A stretch of DNA of 64,000 bases from Lachnospiraceae bacterium. Lineage in GTDB: Bacteria > Bacillota > Clostridia > Lachnospirales > Lachnospiraceae. The notes beneath the pieces were generated by a model that saw only the letters and a program-made list of their open reading frames with translations, did no database searches and had not been told where the DNA came from. Shown here piece by piece: positions 37,857-47,878 of this stretch; position 1 is the stretch's first letter, and each line of letters starts with the position of its first letter. The stretch lies in contig JAILAF010000022.1 of NCBI GenBank assembly GCA_024681775.1, forward strand, positions 80-64,079, in the 5' to 3' direction. Both the position numbers and the translations under genes were made by a program.

Positions 37857-39934
37857 TAATCAACTTTTTCGGTAGTATTAGAAATTATGTGTCCACATTC
37901 TTTATTTGCGCACACCATTCGGTTTCCTTTTTCCACCATGTAGGAGCCGCACTCAGGGCAGCGTTCCTTCACGGGGCGGTTCCAGGACATGAAGTCGCAG
38001 TCCGGGAATCCCATGCAGCCGAAGTATCTGCGGCCTTTCTTGGACATGCGGATCACCACATCCTTTCCGCACTTGGGGCAGGGCACGCCGATACGCTCGT
38101 AGAAGGTCTTGGTATTGCGGCACTCGGGAAAATTGGGGCATGCCAGGAACTTGCCGTGGGGGCCGTACTTCACCACCATGTGAACGCCGCAGTTCTCACA
38201 GATCTCCTCGGAGACCTCGTCCTCGATCTTCACGTGCTCCAGCTCCTTCTCGGCAGCTTTCACGGCTTCGTCCAGATCGGGATAGAAATTGGCGATAACG
38301 GTCTTCCACTTTACGGTTCCCTCTTCCACGCTGTCCAGCAGGGTCTCCATATTGGCGGTAAAACGCAGGTCCACAATACTGGGGAAGGCCTGGTTCATCA
38401 TATCGTTCACCGCGTTGCCCAGCTCGGTGACAAAGAGATTTTTCTGCTCCTTGATCACATATCTGCGCTGCACCAGGTTGGTGATGGTGGGGGCGTAGGT
38501 GGAAGGTCTGCCGATGCCCTGTGCCTCCATCTCATGGACCAGCGCCGCCTCGGTATAGTGTGCGGGGGGCTGGGTGAAGTGCTGCTTCGGATCCAGGGTA
38601 AGGAGCTTTAACTTGCTCTTCTCGGAAATGGCAGCCTGGAGAGAATTGCTCTCCTCCTCTTCCTCGGTTTCGGTATAGACACTGCGGAAGCCGTCAAAGG
38701 TCACCCGCGCTGCGGACAAGGTAAAGATCTCCTCTCCCGCCTGGATGCGGACGGAGGTGGTCTCGTATTTTGCCTCTGCCATCTGGCTCGCCATGAAGCG
38801 CTTCCAGATCAGGGTGTAGAGGCGGTAGAGATCTCTGGGGAGCTGATCCTTCAGAGAGGAAGGGGTACGGTTCACGTCGGTGGGACGGATGGCCTCGTGT
38901 GCATCCTGGATCTTCTGTCCGGTCTTGCCGGCGGTCTCGGTGCTGCCCAGGTATTCCTTGCCGTAATTGGCATCGATGTATTTCTCCGCCTGCGTTCTTG
39001 CTTCGTCGGAGACACGGGTGGAATCGGTACGCAGGTAGGAAATGAGACCGACGGTGCCCTCGCCGCTGATCTCCACGCCTTCATAGAGCTGCTGTGCCAG
39101 GCGCATGGTCTTCTGGGTGGCGAAGTTCAGGGTCTTGCTGGCTTCCTGCTGCATGGTGGAGGTGGTGAAAGGCAGGGGGGACTTTCTGGTGCGCTCTCCC
39201 TTTTTCACTTCCTTCACGGTGAAGGCCTTCTTCTGAATGCTCTTCACCAGGTCTTCCACCTGCTTTTTGTTCTTCAGGTCCTGCTTGCCGGATGCGTTAC
39301 CGTAGTATTTTGCGGTAATGGGACGTTTCTGACCGTCCACCTCCAGGGAGGCGTCCAGGGTCCAGTACTCTTCGGGGACAAAGGCGTCGATCTCCTTCTC
39401 CCGGTCACAGACCATGCGAAGGGTTGCGGACTGTACACGGCCTGCGGATAGTTTGCCCTTGATCTTGGCCCAAAGGACGGGGGAAATGCGGTATCCCACC
39501 ATGCGGTCCAGAATACGGCGGGTCTGCTGTGCATTCACCAGATCCATATCGATCTCTCTGGGATGCTTTAAGGATTCCTTCACCGCTTTGCCGGTGATCT
39601 CGTTAAAGGTAATGCGGTAGGTGGGCTTCTCGTTCAGCTTCAGGGCGTAGTACAGATGCCAGGAGATTGCCTCTCCCTCACGGTCAGGGTCGGTTGCGAG
39701 GTAGACTTTTTCCGCCTTCTTCACTTCCTTGCGCAGATTGGAAAGCACGTCTCCCTTGCCGCGGATGGTGATGTACTTGGGCTCGTAATCGTTCTCCACG
39801 TCGATGCCCATGGTGCTCTTCGGCAGATCACGGACGTGGCCGTTGCTTGCCACGACCTGATAATTGTTTCCCAGAAATTTCTTAATGGTCTTCACCTTTG
39901 CAGGCGACTCCACGATCACCAGATATTTTGCCAT
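37856..39934 (-). CDS. topA: DNA topoisomerase I (type IA)
   Basis: VIVESPAK, ATDPDREGEAI, SAGRVQS, catalytic ISYLRTDS, two C-terminal zinc ribbons. Confidence 0.98.
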   Translation of the reverse strand: MAKYLVIVESPAKVKTIKKFLGNNYQVVASNGHVRDLPKSTMGIDVENDYEPKYITIRGKGDVLSNLRKEVKKAEKVYLATDPDREGEAISWHLYYALKLNEKPTYRITFNEITGKAVKESLKHPREIDMDLVNAQQTRRILDRMVGYRISPVLWAKIKGKLSAGRVQSATLRMVCDREKEIDAFVPEEYWTLDASLEVDGQKRPITAKYYGNASGKQDLKNKKQVEDLVKSIQKKAFTVKEVKKGERTRKSPLPFTTSTMQQEASKTLNFATQKTMRLAQQLYEGVEISGEGTVGLISYLRTDSTRVSDEARTQAEKYIDANYGKEYLGSTETAGKTGQKIQDAHEAIRPTDVNRTPSSLKDQLPRDLYRLYTLIWKRFMASQMAEAKYETTSVRIQAGEEIFTLSAARVTFDGFRSVYTETEEEEESNSLQAAISEKSKLKLLTLDPKQHFTQPPAHYTEAALVHEMEAQGIGRPSTYAPTITNLVQRRYVIKEQKNLFVTELGNAVNDMMNQAFPSIVDLRFTANMETLLDSVEEGTVKWKTVIANFYPDLDEAVKAAEKELEHVKIEDEVSEEICENCGVHMVVKYGPHGKFLACPNFPECRNTKTFYERIGVPCPKCGKDVVIRMSKKGRRYFGCMGFPDCDFMSWNRPVKERCPECGSYMVEKGNRMVCANKECGHIISNTTEKVD

Positions 39935-40023
39935 TCCCTGTTCCTCCGGGTGTGCCCGTTTCCGGGTTGTTCAAAAGTGCATATATCATTGATGACACGA
40001 ATTGCTCCGTTTCTTCGAAACTC

Positions 40024-40337
40024 TCGCAATTCTGCGAACATTCGGAATCCGCGAATTTACTGCGTAAATTGCTTCTTCCTCATGTTCGGGCGGGTCATAA
40101 ACCCTCAAAGCGATTCATGCAAGCATGATCGCATTTCGGTTTTTGCCCCTATCATCATATAGTAGAAATTGTTACATCGAGACAAGACTATACAACAAAA
40201 TTTTTTAGGATGCAAGTGCGGATTCATAATGCGTATCGCTCGGCGATACGCCCGCGCGAGCGCAGTGTTGCGCAGCGACAATTCACCATTCTGCGCGAGT
40301 CGCATCCATGCGGAGCAGTTATTTTTTGCATTTATGC
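40024..40337. repeat. Mosaic of short hairpins between tRNA-Glu and topA
   Basis: aatttac-tgc-gtaaatt (40054-70), gcgattcatgc-aa-gcatgatcgc (40110-32), gcgtatcgc-tcg-gcgatacgc (40231-51), tgttgc-gca-gcgaca (40266-80), ttattttttgcat-tt-atgcaaaaaaataa. Confidence 0.75.
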
Positions 40338-40367
40338 AAAAAAATAACCCGTACCTTTCGGTACGGG
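40338..40367 (-). terminator. tRNA-Glu terminator
   Basis: cccgtacc-gaaa-ggtacggg followed by ttattttttt on the minus strand. Confidence 0.9.
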
Positions 40368-40371
40368 CTCG

Positions 40372-40443
40372 CAGCTGGTAGGGGAATCGAACCCCTGTTT
40401 CCGCCGTGAGAGGGCGGCGTCTTAACCGCTTGACCAACCAGCC
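40372..40443 (-). tRNA. tRNA-Glu (anticodon CTC), CCA not encoded
   Basis: GGCTGGT/ACCAGCT acceptor stem; D-arm GGTCAAGCGGTTAAGAC; anticodon arm CCGCC-CT-CTC-AC-GGCGG; T-loop GGTTCGATTCC; 72 nt. Confidence 0.97.
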
Positions 40444-40485
40444 ACAACAAGTCGCATTTTTTAACGTCCTGCACGCGACTTGCTT

Positions 40486-40514
40486 ATATTACTATAGCAG
40501 TATAAAAATTGCAA
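40486..40514 (-). promoter_or_regulatory. Sigma-A promoter of tRNA-Glu
   Basis: TTGCAA-N17-TAATAT with an AT-rich upstream region. Confidence 0.7.
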
Positions 40515-40563
40515 GCACTTTTTCAATTTCTTTTTCCGTTTTCTTTCGAAAGCAGGAAAACCC

Positions 40564-43500
40564 TTATTCCGTGCCGAAAATATCGAAGATGCTGATCTGG
40601 TTCGACTCGGGCAGTTCCCCCAGGATCCCCAGACGGTGCAGGGTGTCCGCCACAGTCTGGGACACTTTGCAGCGCTCCTTGAAATCGTCCCTGGAAGTGA
40701 AGGGGCCCTTTTTTGCACCCTCCACGATGGAATCCGCCGCAGTCTCTCCCAGACCTTCCACACTGAGGAGGGAAGGCATGAGCTTCCCGTCCACGATCTG
40801 GAAATGGCGGGACTTGACCTTGAACAGATCAATGGGCACAAAGTCGAATCCCCGGGCATACATCTCCTGCACGATCCGCATGTCGCCCAGCTGCAGCTCC
40901 TCCTTGTTGGAAAGAGGCTCCAGCCCGGATCCCTTGTCCGCATCCCGGCGCATCTTGTAGCGCTTCAGCTCGCTCTCCAGATGGGCTTTTCCCTGGCACA
41001 TGAGTTCGTAGGAAAAGGCCTTGGCGCGAATGCTGAAGTAGGCCGCATAGTAGGCCAGCGGGTAGTGGATCTTGCAATAGGCGATACGCCAGGCCATCAT
41101 GACATAGGCTGCGGCGTGGGCCTTCGGGAACATGTACTTGATCTTCTGGCAGGACCAGATGTACCAGTCGGGCACGTTATGCGCCAGCATGTCTTCCTTC
41201 CAGGCGGGCCAGTTCTTGGCATCGCCCTTCGCCACCTTCCCCTTACGGACGGCCTCCATGATATTGAAGGACTTGGAGGGATCCAGGCCCATACCGATGA
41301 GGTAGGTCATGATGTCGTCTCTGGTACAGATGGCAGTGGAAATGGTGGCCTTGCCGGATTTGATCAGGGTCTCCGCATTGCCCAGCCACACGTCGGTGCC
41401 GTGGGCCAGACCGGAGATCCGGACCAGGTCGGAAAATGCCTTGGGCTGTGCGTCGATGAGCATCTGCATTGCAAAATCGGTACCGAACTCGGGGATCCCC
41501 AGAGCACCCAGTTTCGTGCCGCCGATATCGTCCGGGGTAATGCCCAGCGCATCGGTATTCTGGAAGAGGCTCATGACATCCTGACCGTCCAGGGGGATGT
41601 CCTTGACGGGATCCAGCCCCGTCAGGTCCTGGAGCATACGGATCATGGTGGGATCATCGTGTCCCAGAATGTCCAGCTTCAGCAGGTTGTGATCGATGCT
41701 GTGATAATCGAAATGGGTGGTGACGATGTCCGTGGACATGTCATTGGCGGGGTGCTGCACCGGGGTGAAGGAGTTGATGTCCTGCCCCAGAGGAAGCACG
41801 ATGATACCGCCGGGATGCTGGCCGGTGCTGCGGCGAACGCCCTCACAGCCCTTGGCGATCCGAGCCACCTCGCCCCTGCGCTTTACGATCTTTTTCTCAT
41901 CGAAATAATGCTTCACGAAGCCGATGGCGGTCTTCTCCGCCACGGTACCCACGGTGCCCGCGCGGAAGGTCTGGCCGGATCCAAAGATGACCTCGGTGTA
42001 TTTGTGCGCCTTGGACTGGTACTCGCCGGAGAAGTTCAGGTCGATATCCGGCTCCTTGTCTCCCTCGAATCCCAGGAAGGTCTCGAAGGGAATATCAAAG
42101 CCGTCCTTGTGCAGCGGCTCGCCACAGACGGGGCACACCTTGTCCGGCATATCCACGCCCGCCTTACCCGCGTAGGCCTTCACTTCGTCGCTGTCGAAAT
42201 CCACGTAATGGCATTTGCTGCAGTAATAGTGAGGGCTTAAGGGATTGACCTCGGTGATCCCTGCCATGGTAGCCACGAAGGAGCTTCCGACGGAGCCTCT
42301 GGATCCTACCAGGTAGCCGTCCTCCACGGACTTCCACACCAGCTTCTGGGCGATGATGTACATCACGGCGAATCCGTTGGTGATGATGGAATGCAGCTCC
42401 CGCTCCAGTCGCTCCACCACGATGGGCGGCAGGTCGGGGCCGTAGATCTCATGGGCTCTGTTATAGCAGATCTCCGTCAGGGTCTTGTCCGAGTCAGGGA
42501 TCACGGGAGGACATTTGTCCGGGCGCACCGGCGAAATGGTCTCGCACATGTCGGCGATCATGTTGGTGTTGGTGACCACCACTTCCATGGCCTTCTCACT
42601 GCCCAGGTAGGCAAATTCCTCCAGCATCTCCTCGGTGGTGCGGAAATAGAGGGGTGCCTGGACCTCTCCTTCCTTGTTGCCCTTGCCCACCATGAGGATG
42701 CGGCGGTAGATCTCATCCTGGGGCTCCTTGAAATGTACGTCACCGGTGGCCACCACGGGTCTGCCGAATTCTTTCCCCAGCTCCACGATCCTGCGGTTGG
42801 CATTCCTCAGATCGTCCTCGTTTTCGATGGAGGAGATCTTCTCATTCTCAATGAGGAAGGCGGCGTTGCCGATGGGCTGCACCTCCAGATAATCATAGAA
42901 CTGCACGTATCTGGCGATCTGCTCGTCGGTATTTCCTTCCACCACGGCGCGGTACACCTCTCCGTTCACACCGCTGCTCCCCACGATGAGGCCTTCCCGC
43001 AGCGCGTTCACGCGGCTCTTGGGGACCTTGGGGAAACGGTTGAAATAGGTGAGGTGGGACTCGGTGATCAGGTGGTAGAGGTGCACTCTTCCCAGTTCGT
43101 TTTTTGCAAAGATCACTGCGCGATGCGGGATCTTTTTGGCGATGGCGGAAGGGGTCTTGCCGGCCTTCTCGTTGATCTGTGACAGCTGTGTCATTCCTTC
43201 CTTCCGAAGCTGGTCCAGAAAGCGCACAAAGATCCAGGCGGTACACTCCGCATCGTCCACTGCTCTGTGGTGATGACCCAGGTCGATGTTCAGCGCCTTG
43301 GCCACAGCGTCCAGGGTGTATTTTGCATGTCCCGGGAGCTGGACTCTGGCCAGGGGCAGGGTGTCCACATAGGTGGGCTGCTGGGGATAGCCGAAGCGCT
43401 TGCAATGCTCCTTCAGGATGTTCACGTCGAACTCGGCATTGTGGGCCACCAGGACGCAGCCCTCACTGAAGGCCAGAAACTCCCGCACCGCCACGGTGGC

Positions 43501-45210
43501 ATCCGGCGCGTCCTTCACATCCTCATCCCGGATGGAAGTGAGGGCCGTCACCGCGTAGGGGATGGGCCTGCCGGGGTTGACGAAGGTGGAAAAACGGTCC
43601 ACCACCTTGCCGCCGGAGACCTTGACCGCACCGAACTCGATGAAGGTATCCGTGGTCACGGAAAGGCCGGTGGTCTCCACGTCAAAAACGACAAAGTCGT
43701 CATCCAGACTCTGCCCTCTGTCGTCGGAGACGATCTCCAGCAGATCGTCCACCAGATAGACCTCCGCGCCGTACAGGATCTTGAAAAAGTCCTGCCTATC
43801 GGGGCTGGGATCTCCCGCTTCCTTGCGTTTTTTCTTCTCGTCCTTCCAGAGGTCCTCCCACACATGGTTGGCCTCGGTGAAGCCCTGCACCACGCCGTTA
43901 TCGGTGATGGCAACGGCGCGATGGCCGAATTTCAGGGCGGTCTTCACCAGGTCCGAAGCATCGGAAACGCCGTCCATGTCGCTCATCTTGGTATGAAGGT
44001 TCAGCTCCACACGCTTATGAACCGCCATATCCCTGCGGGGCGTGCGGGGATCGACACTCTTCTGGATGCCCTTCACGGATCCGATGCTGAGCTCATGGTC
44101 GAAGGTGTCCATCTGGGGCGCACCGGTCAGCCGGACAAAGGCACCGGGCTTGATATCTCCCATGAGCTCCTTCACCTTATCCGTGGGAACGAAAATCTTC
44201 ACGCGGAAAGTATCGGTGAAATCGGTGATATCGAACATGAGGATGGTGCGCTCGTTTTTGATGTCCCGGGAATCCACGGCCATGATCTGGCCCTGGACCG
44301 TCACGATGCCGATCTCACCCACGATATCCTCCATGGGCGTGGCATCTCCCGTGACCTCGCGGCCGTAGATCACGTCAGGATTATCGGAATACTTGATGGC
44401 GCCGTCCTCCCGCCTGCCGCCGCCGGAGCGTCTGCCGCCGGAAAAGGCATAATCCGTCCTGGCGCGGTTTGCGGTGGAGCGGAGCTCTTTGGGCTTCGCC
44501 TCCGAAACGGAACCGGCGTTCGCTAGCTGCTTCGGCACCGTGTTTTTCGGTTCCTGCGCGCCCTCCGCTTCTTTCGCTTCTTTCGTGTCCTTCACGGCCA
44601 CGGCACCCAAAAGTTCCTCGCCACGGTCCTGTCCGTAGACACGTCTGGTGATCTCATCCACTCTCTGCTGCAGTCTGGGATCGACGTTGTCCTCCTTCTC
44701 GGACACCGCCTCGTGATAGACCACTCTGGCCTCCGCCTTGATGCCGCAGCGCTCCTGGAGGATCTTGTTCAAAATGGAGACCAGCTCGGATTCCTTCTTC
44801 CGGTTCAGGAAGGTGTCCTCCGCGTCGATCTGCAGCACGTCCTCCTCGGGGCAGGTCAGCTCCGCCTTCCGCAGCATCTGGTACATGAGGAAATTGTAAG
44901 CCTCGATCTCGGCATAAATGCTCTCCAGATACAGGTCCAGCAGATCCTTTACCTTATATGCTTCCGAAAGCATGAAATGCTCATGGATCCGGACAGAAAC
45001 GGGGGAGACCTTCTTCACGAAGCGGGCGATCTCCTCCTCGGCGGCCCAGATCTCCTCCTTGGGGATCAGATGGTCGCTGCACAGATACAGGCGCAGATTG
45101 CTCCTGCTCTTGTCCATGGTGATGCGCTCCACCTGGGTCCCGTCAAAATACAGTCTGGTCCTTTTCTTCATATCCAGATCGGAAAAAATATCAAAAAACG
45201 CCTTGCTCAT
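40564..45210 (-). CDS. polC: DNA polymerase III PolC-type alpha subunit
   Basis: PHP ELNLHTKMSDMDG; embedded exonuclease VVFDVETTG/HHRAVDDA; GSRGSVGSS; PDIDLNFSG; KIKYMFPKAHAAAY. Confidence 0.98.
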   Translation of the reverse strand: MSKAFFDIFSDLDMKKRTRLYFDGTQVERITMDKSRSNLRLYLCSDHLIPKEEIWAAEEEIARFVKKVSPVSVRIHEHFMLSEAYKVKDLLDLYLESIYAEIEAYNFLMYQMLRKAELTCPEEDVLQIDAEDTFLNRKKESELVSILNKILQERCGIKAEARVVYHEAVSEKEDNVDPRLQQRVDEITRRVYGQDRGEELLGAVAVKDTKEAKEAEGAQEPKNTVPKQLANAGSVSEAKPKELRSTANRARTDYAFSGGRRSGGGRREDGAIKYSDNPDVIYGREVTGDATPMEDIVGEIGIVTVQGQIMAVDSRDIKNERTILMFDITDFTDTFRVKIFVPTDKVKELMGDIKPGAFVRLTGAPQMDTFDHELSIGSVKGIQKSVDPRTPRRDMAVHKRVELNLHTKMSDMDGVSDASDLVKTALKFGHRAVAITDNGVVQGFTEANHVWEDLWKDEKKKRKEAGDPSPDRQDFFKILYGAEVYLVDDLLEIVSDDRGQSLDDDFVVFDVETTGLSVTTDTFIEFGAVKVSGGKVVDRFSTFVNPGRPIPYAVTALTSIRDEDVKDAPDATVAVREFLAFSEGCVLVAHNAEFDVNILKEHCKRFGYPQQPTYVDTLPLARVQLPGHAKYTLDAVAKALNIDLGHHHRAVDDAECTAWIFVRFLDQLRKEGMTQLSQINEKAGKTPSAIAKKIPHRAVIFAKNELGRVHLYHLITESHLTYFNRFPKVPKSRVNALREGLIVGSSGVNGEVYRAVVEGNTDEQIARYVQFYDYLEVQPIGNAAFLIENEKISSIENEDDLRNANRRIVELGKEFGRPVVATGDVHFKEPQDEIYRRILMVGKGNKEGEVQAPLYFRTTEEMLEEFAYLGSEKAMEVVVTNTNMIADMCETISPVRPDKCPPVIPDSDKTLTEICYNRAHEIYGPDLPPIVVERLERELHSIITNGFAVMYIIAQKLVWKSVEDGYLVGSRGSVGSSFVATMAGITEVNPLSPHYYCSKCHYVDFDSDEVKAYAGKAGVDMPDKVCPVCGEPLHKDGFDIPFETFLGFEGDKEPDIDLNFSGEYQSKAHKYTEVIFGSGQTFRAGTVGTVAEKTAIGFVKHYFDEKKIVKRRGEVARIAKGCEGVRRSTGQHPGGIIVLPLGQDINSFTPVQHPANDMSTDIVTTHFDYHSIDHNLLKLDILGHDDPTMIRMLQDLTGLDPVKDIPLDGQDVMSLFQNTDALGITPDDIGGTKLGALGIPEFGTDFAMQMLIDAQPKAFSDLVRISGLAHGTDVWLGNAETLIKSGKATISTAICTRDDIMTYLIGMGLDPSKSFNIMEAVRKGKVAKGDAKNWPAWKEDMLAHNVPDWYIWSCQKIKYMFPKAHAAAYVMMAWRIAYCKIHYPLAYYAAYFSIRAKAFSYELMCQGKAHLESELKRYKMRRDADKGSGLEPLSNKEELQLGDMRIVQEMYARGFDFVPIDLFKVKSRHFQIVDGKLMPSLLSVEGLGETAADSIVEGAKKGPFTSRDDFKERCKVSQTVADTLHRLGILGELPESNQISIFDIFGTE

Positions 45211-45213
45211 CTC

Positions 45214-46275
45214 TTACTCCAAATTCCAATGATCCAGCTCCTGCTTCAGTGCCGCCAGGAGCTCGCCCTCCGGCACCTTGCGGAGGATCTCCCCTCTGCG
45301 GATCAGGAGTCCTTCTCCCTTGCCGCCGCAGATGCCCAGATCCGCTTCTTTCGCTTCCCCGGGTCCGTTGACCACACAGCCCATCACGGCCACCTTGATA
45401 TCCAGGGGATAATCCTTCACAAGCTCCTCCACCTGTGTGGCCAGGGAGATGAGGTCGATCTGTGTACGGCCGCAGGTGGGACAGCTCACCACCTCGATGC
45501 CGCCCTTGCGCAGACCCAGCGTCCGCAGGATCAAGCGCGCCGCACCGATCTCCTCGCAGGGGTCCCCGGTCAGGGAGACGCGGATGGTATCGCCGATGCC
45601 CTGATGCAGGATGAGTCCCAGTCCGATGGCGGACTTGATGCTGCCGCTGCGGACAGTGCCGGACTCGGTGATGCCCACGTGCAGGGGATGATCCGTCTGC
45701 TGTGCCAGCAGTTCGTGGGCCTTTACGCACATCATCACATCCGAGGACTTGATGCTTATGACAAGGTTGTCATATCCCATATCCTCGATCATGGCGACCT
45801 TGTCCAGAGCGCTCTCCACCAGGCCCTCCGCCGTGACGCCGCCGTATTTTTCCACCAGGTGCTTCTCCAGAGAGCCGGAATTCACCCCCACACGGATGGG
45901 AATCTCCCGCTCCTTCGCCACATCCACCACCTGCTTTACCTTGCCCGCATCGCCGATATTCCCCGGGTTGATGCGGATCTTGTCCGCGCCGTTCTCCATG
46001 GCGAGGATGGCCATGCGGTGATCGAAATGGATGTCCGCCACCAGGGGGATATGGATCTGCTTCCGGATTTCTCCGATGGCCTTCGCCGCCTCCTCATCCG
46101 GAACCGTGCAGCGCACGATCTCACATCCTGCCCGCTCCAGGGCAAGGATCTGGGCTACCGTGGCCTGCACGTCCTGTGTCTTTGTATTGGTCATGGACTG
46201 GATCAGGATGGGATTCCCGCCGCCGATCACCCGGTCTCCGATCCGGACTGTCCTGGATAGATTTCTGTCTGTCAT
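45214..46275 (-). CDS. ispG: 4-hydroxy-3-methylbut-2-enyl diphosphate synthase IspG
   Basis: IQSMTNT, PLVADIHFD, RINPGNIG, GDTIRVSLT, SCPTCGR, AVMGCVVNGPGE. Confidence 0.98.
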   Translation of the reverse strand: MTDRNLSRTVRIGDRVIGGGNPILIQSMTNTKTQDVQATVAQILALERAGCEIVRCTVPDEEAAKAIGEIRKQIHIPLVADIHFDHRMAILAMENGADKIRINPGNIGDAGKVKQVVDVAKEREIPIRVGVNSGSLEKHLVEKYGGVTAEGLVESALDKVAMIEDMGYDNLVISIKSSDVMMCVKAHELLAQQTDHPLHVGITESGTVRSGSIKSAIGLGLILHQGIGDTIRVSLTGDPCEEIGAARLILRTLGLRKGGIEVVSCPTCGRTQIDLISLATQVEELVKDYPLDIKVAVMGCVVNGPGEAKEADLGICGGKGEGLLIRRGEILRKVPEGELLAALKQELDHWNLE

Positions 46276-46320
46276 ACTGCCTCCTTTGTCTTTCGCAGGG
46301 TACGAAAGGCAATTTTTATT

Positions 46321-46369
46321 CTACCACATCTAGATGGGGAATCGCATTACATACCACTAGTTATAGTGA
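46321..46369. promoter_or_regulatory. Tandem NrdR-box-like sites overlapping the ispG-polC promoter
   Basis: ctaCcAcATcTaGatg (46321-36) and ccaCtAgtTaTaGtga (46354-69), 33 bp apart. Box 1 overlaps the extended -10 TGgTAGAAT on the minus strand. Confidence 0.45.
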
Positions 46370-46557
46370 AAAATCGGAAATTCGAACAAAGTTTCGGGGC
46401 GAAAAATTGTGCATCTTTCATGGTTGACTTTTGCGACAGGCCGATTTTAGATAGAACTATCGATGCGGGAGATCCTCTTCTCCCGGTCCCCCCACTGAAC
46501 GAAACAGTCGCCGATGAATCATGAAAACCCATGTGCGCATGGGTGGAAAGGTTTCAA

Positions 46558-47823
46558 ATGTTTACTCTGTATGAAAAAGAAATATCCCGGGAGGAACGCC
46601 TTAGCGCCCTCTGGCTCTGCTCTATCCCCTGGATCGGGGGCGCCACCGTTTACAGACTGCTGGCAGAGTACGGGAGCTGTGCCGCCATCTATCATGAGAT
46701 GGAATCCAGAAAGGATGTGCTCCCTGTCAAAACCTATCGCACGCTGCTGGCGCAGAAGGAAGCGGTCCGCCCGGAGGATCTGGCGGAGCGGATGGAACGC
46801 ACCGGAATGCGCTTTCTCCTGCCGGGAGATCCGGACTATCCGGAACAGCTCCTGAACATCCCGGATCCCACCTACGGACTCTTTTTGCTGGGAAACCTGC
46901 CCCCGGCGGACCGACCCTCCGTGGCCGTCATCGGCGCCAGAGGGTGCTCCCCCTACGGAGCGGAAGTGGCAAAGGAGCTGGGCTCTGCTCTGGGCGCTGC
47001 GGGGATCAGTGTCATCAGCGGCATGGCGGTGGGGGTGGACGGACTGGCCCAGATGGCAGCCCTGGACGCGGGAGGCTACTCCTGCGCCGTTCTGGGATCC
47101 GGAGCGGATGTCTGTTACCCTCGTTCCAACCGAAGGCTCTACGAGGCTCTGCGGGAACGGGGCGGGATCCTCTCCACCTATGGACCGGGAACCCCTGCGG
47201 TGGCGGGTCATTTCCCGCCACGGAACCGCATTGTCAGCGGATTGTGTGACTTTCTCGTGGTGGTAGAGGCCAGACAGCAAAGCGGCACTCTCATCACCGT
47301 GGATATGGCACTGGAGCAGGGGCGGGAGATCTACGCTGTCCCCGGCCGCATCACGGACCGGCTCAGCGACGGCTGCAACGGACTCCTGGGACAGGGAGCG
47401 CAGGTGTACCTCTCCCCCGAGATCCTGATCCGGGAGTTGCTGGAGTATTCTGAGGGACGCACCGAGGGGGGCGCGGCAACGGGCAAGGCAACTCTGCTCT
47501 CAAATGCGCAGTCCGATCCAATGCATCTGCACGAGCTCGCAGCCAATGTCGGTGCTCGCATCCCGGCAGCGATCGATGAAAAATCCCGCCGCCGCAAAAG
47601 CTTCTCCGGCAGGGAATCCGCTAATCCTTACCCGAAAGGAACTGACCTGCATGTCATTTTTTCCATGCTGGACTTTACGCCCCAAACCCCGGAGGAACTG
47701 GCGCAGCGCCTGGAGGAAGCCGGTACGTCCCTTCCTCCCGAGACCATCCGCCTGAGCCTCATGAGTCTCCTGCTGGAAGGCACCGCCGCACAGGTATCAC
47801 AAAATTCATTTCGCAAAGCATGA
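46558..47823 (+). CDS. dprA: DNA-processing protein DprA/Smf
   Basis: Probable start MFTLYE (46558); VAVIGAR, VISGMAVGVDG, FPPRNRIVSG, SGTLITVDMALEQGREIYAVPG; C-terminal winged helix. Confidence 0.96.
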   Translation: MFTLYEKEISREERLSALWLCSIPWIGGATVYRLLAEYGSCAAIYHEMESRKDVLPVKTYRTLLAQKEAVRPEDLAERMERTGMRFLLPGDPDYPEQLLNIPDPTYGLFLLGNLPPADRPSVAVIGARGCSPYGAEVAKELGSALGAAGISVISGMAVGVDGLAQMAALDAGGYSCAVLGSGADVCYPRSNRRLYEALRERGGILSTYGPGTPAVAGHFPPRNRIVSGLCDFLVVVEARQQSGTLITVDMALEQGREIYAVPGRITDRLSDGCNGLLGQGAQVYLSPEILIRELLEYSEGRTEGGAATGKATLLSNAQSDPMHLHELAANVGARIPAAIDEKSRRRKSFSGRESANPYPKGTDLHVIFSMLDFTPQTPEELAQRLEEAGTSLPPETIRLSLMSLLLEGTAAQVSQNSFRKA

Positions 47824-47878
47824 TCATTTGAGAGAAATCTCATCCGCAATTTCTCATGTCACGGAGGAAGGAAAATCC

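Noticed and set aside
40105-40437. 110-aa ORF overlapping the tRNA
   Set aside because: It begins inside the tRNA-Glu sequence and crosses its terminator; spurious.
40372-40443. tRNA-Glu as an attachment site for an integrated element
   Set aside because: No duplicated tRNA 3' end and no integrase in the window.
40564-45210. Intein or intron in polC or topA
   Set aside because: Continuous motifs, family-typical lengths and no splice-junction signatures seen.
46424-46457. Sigma-A promoter for dprA (TTGACT...)
   Set aside because: No acceptable -10 at 16-18 bp spacing.
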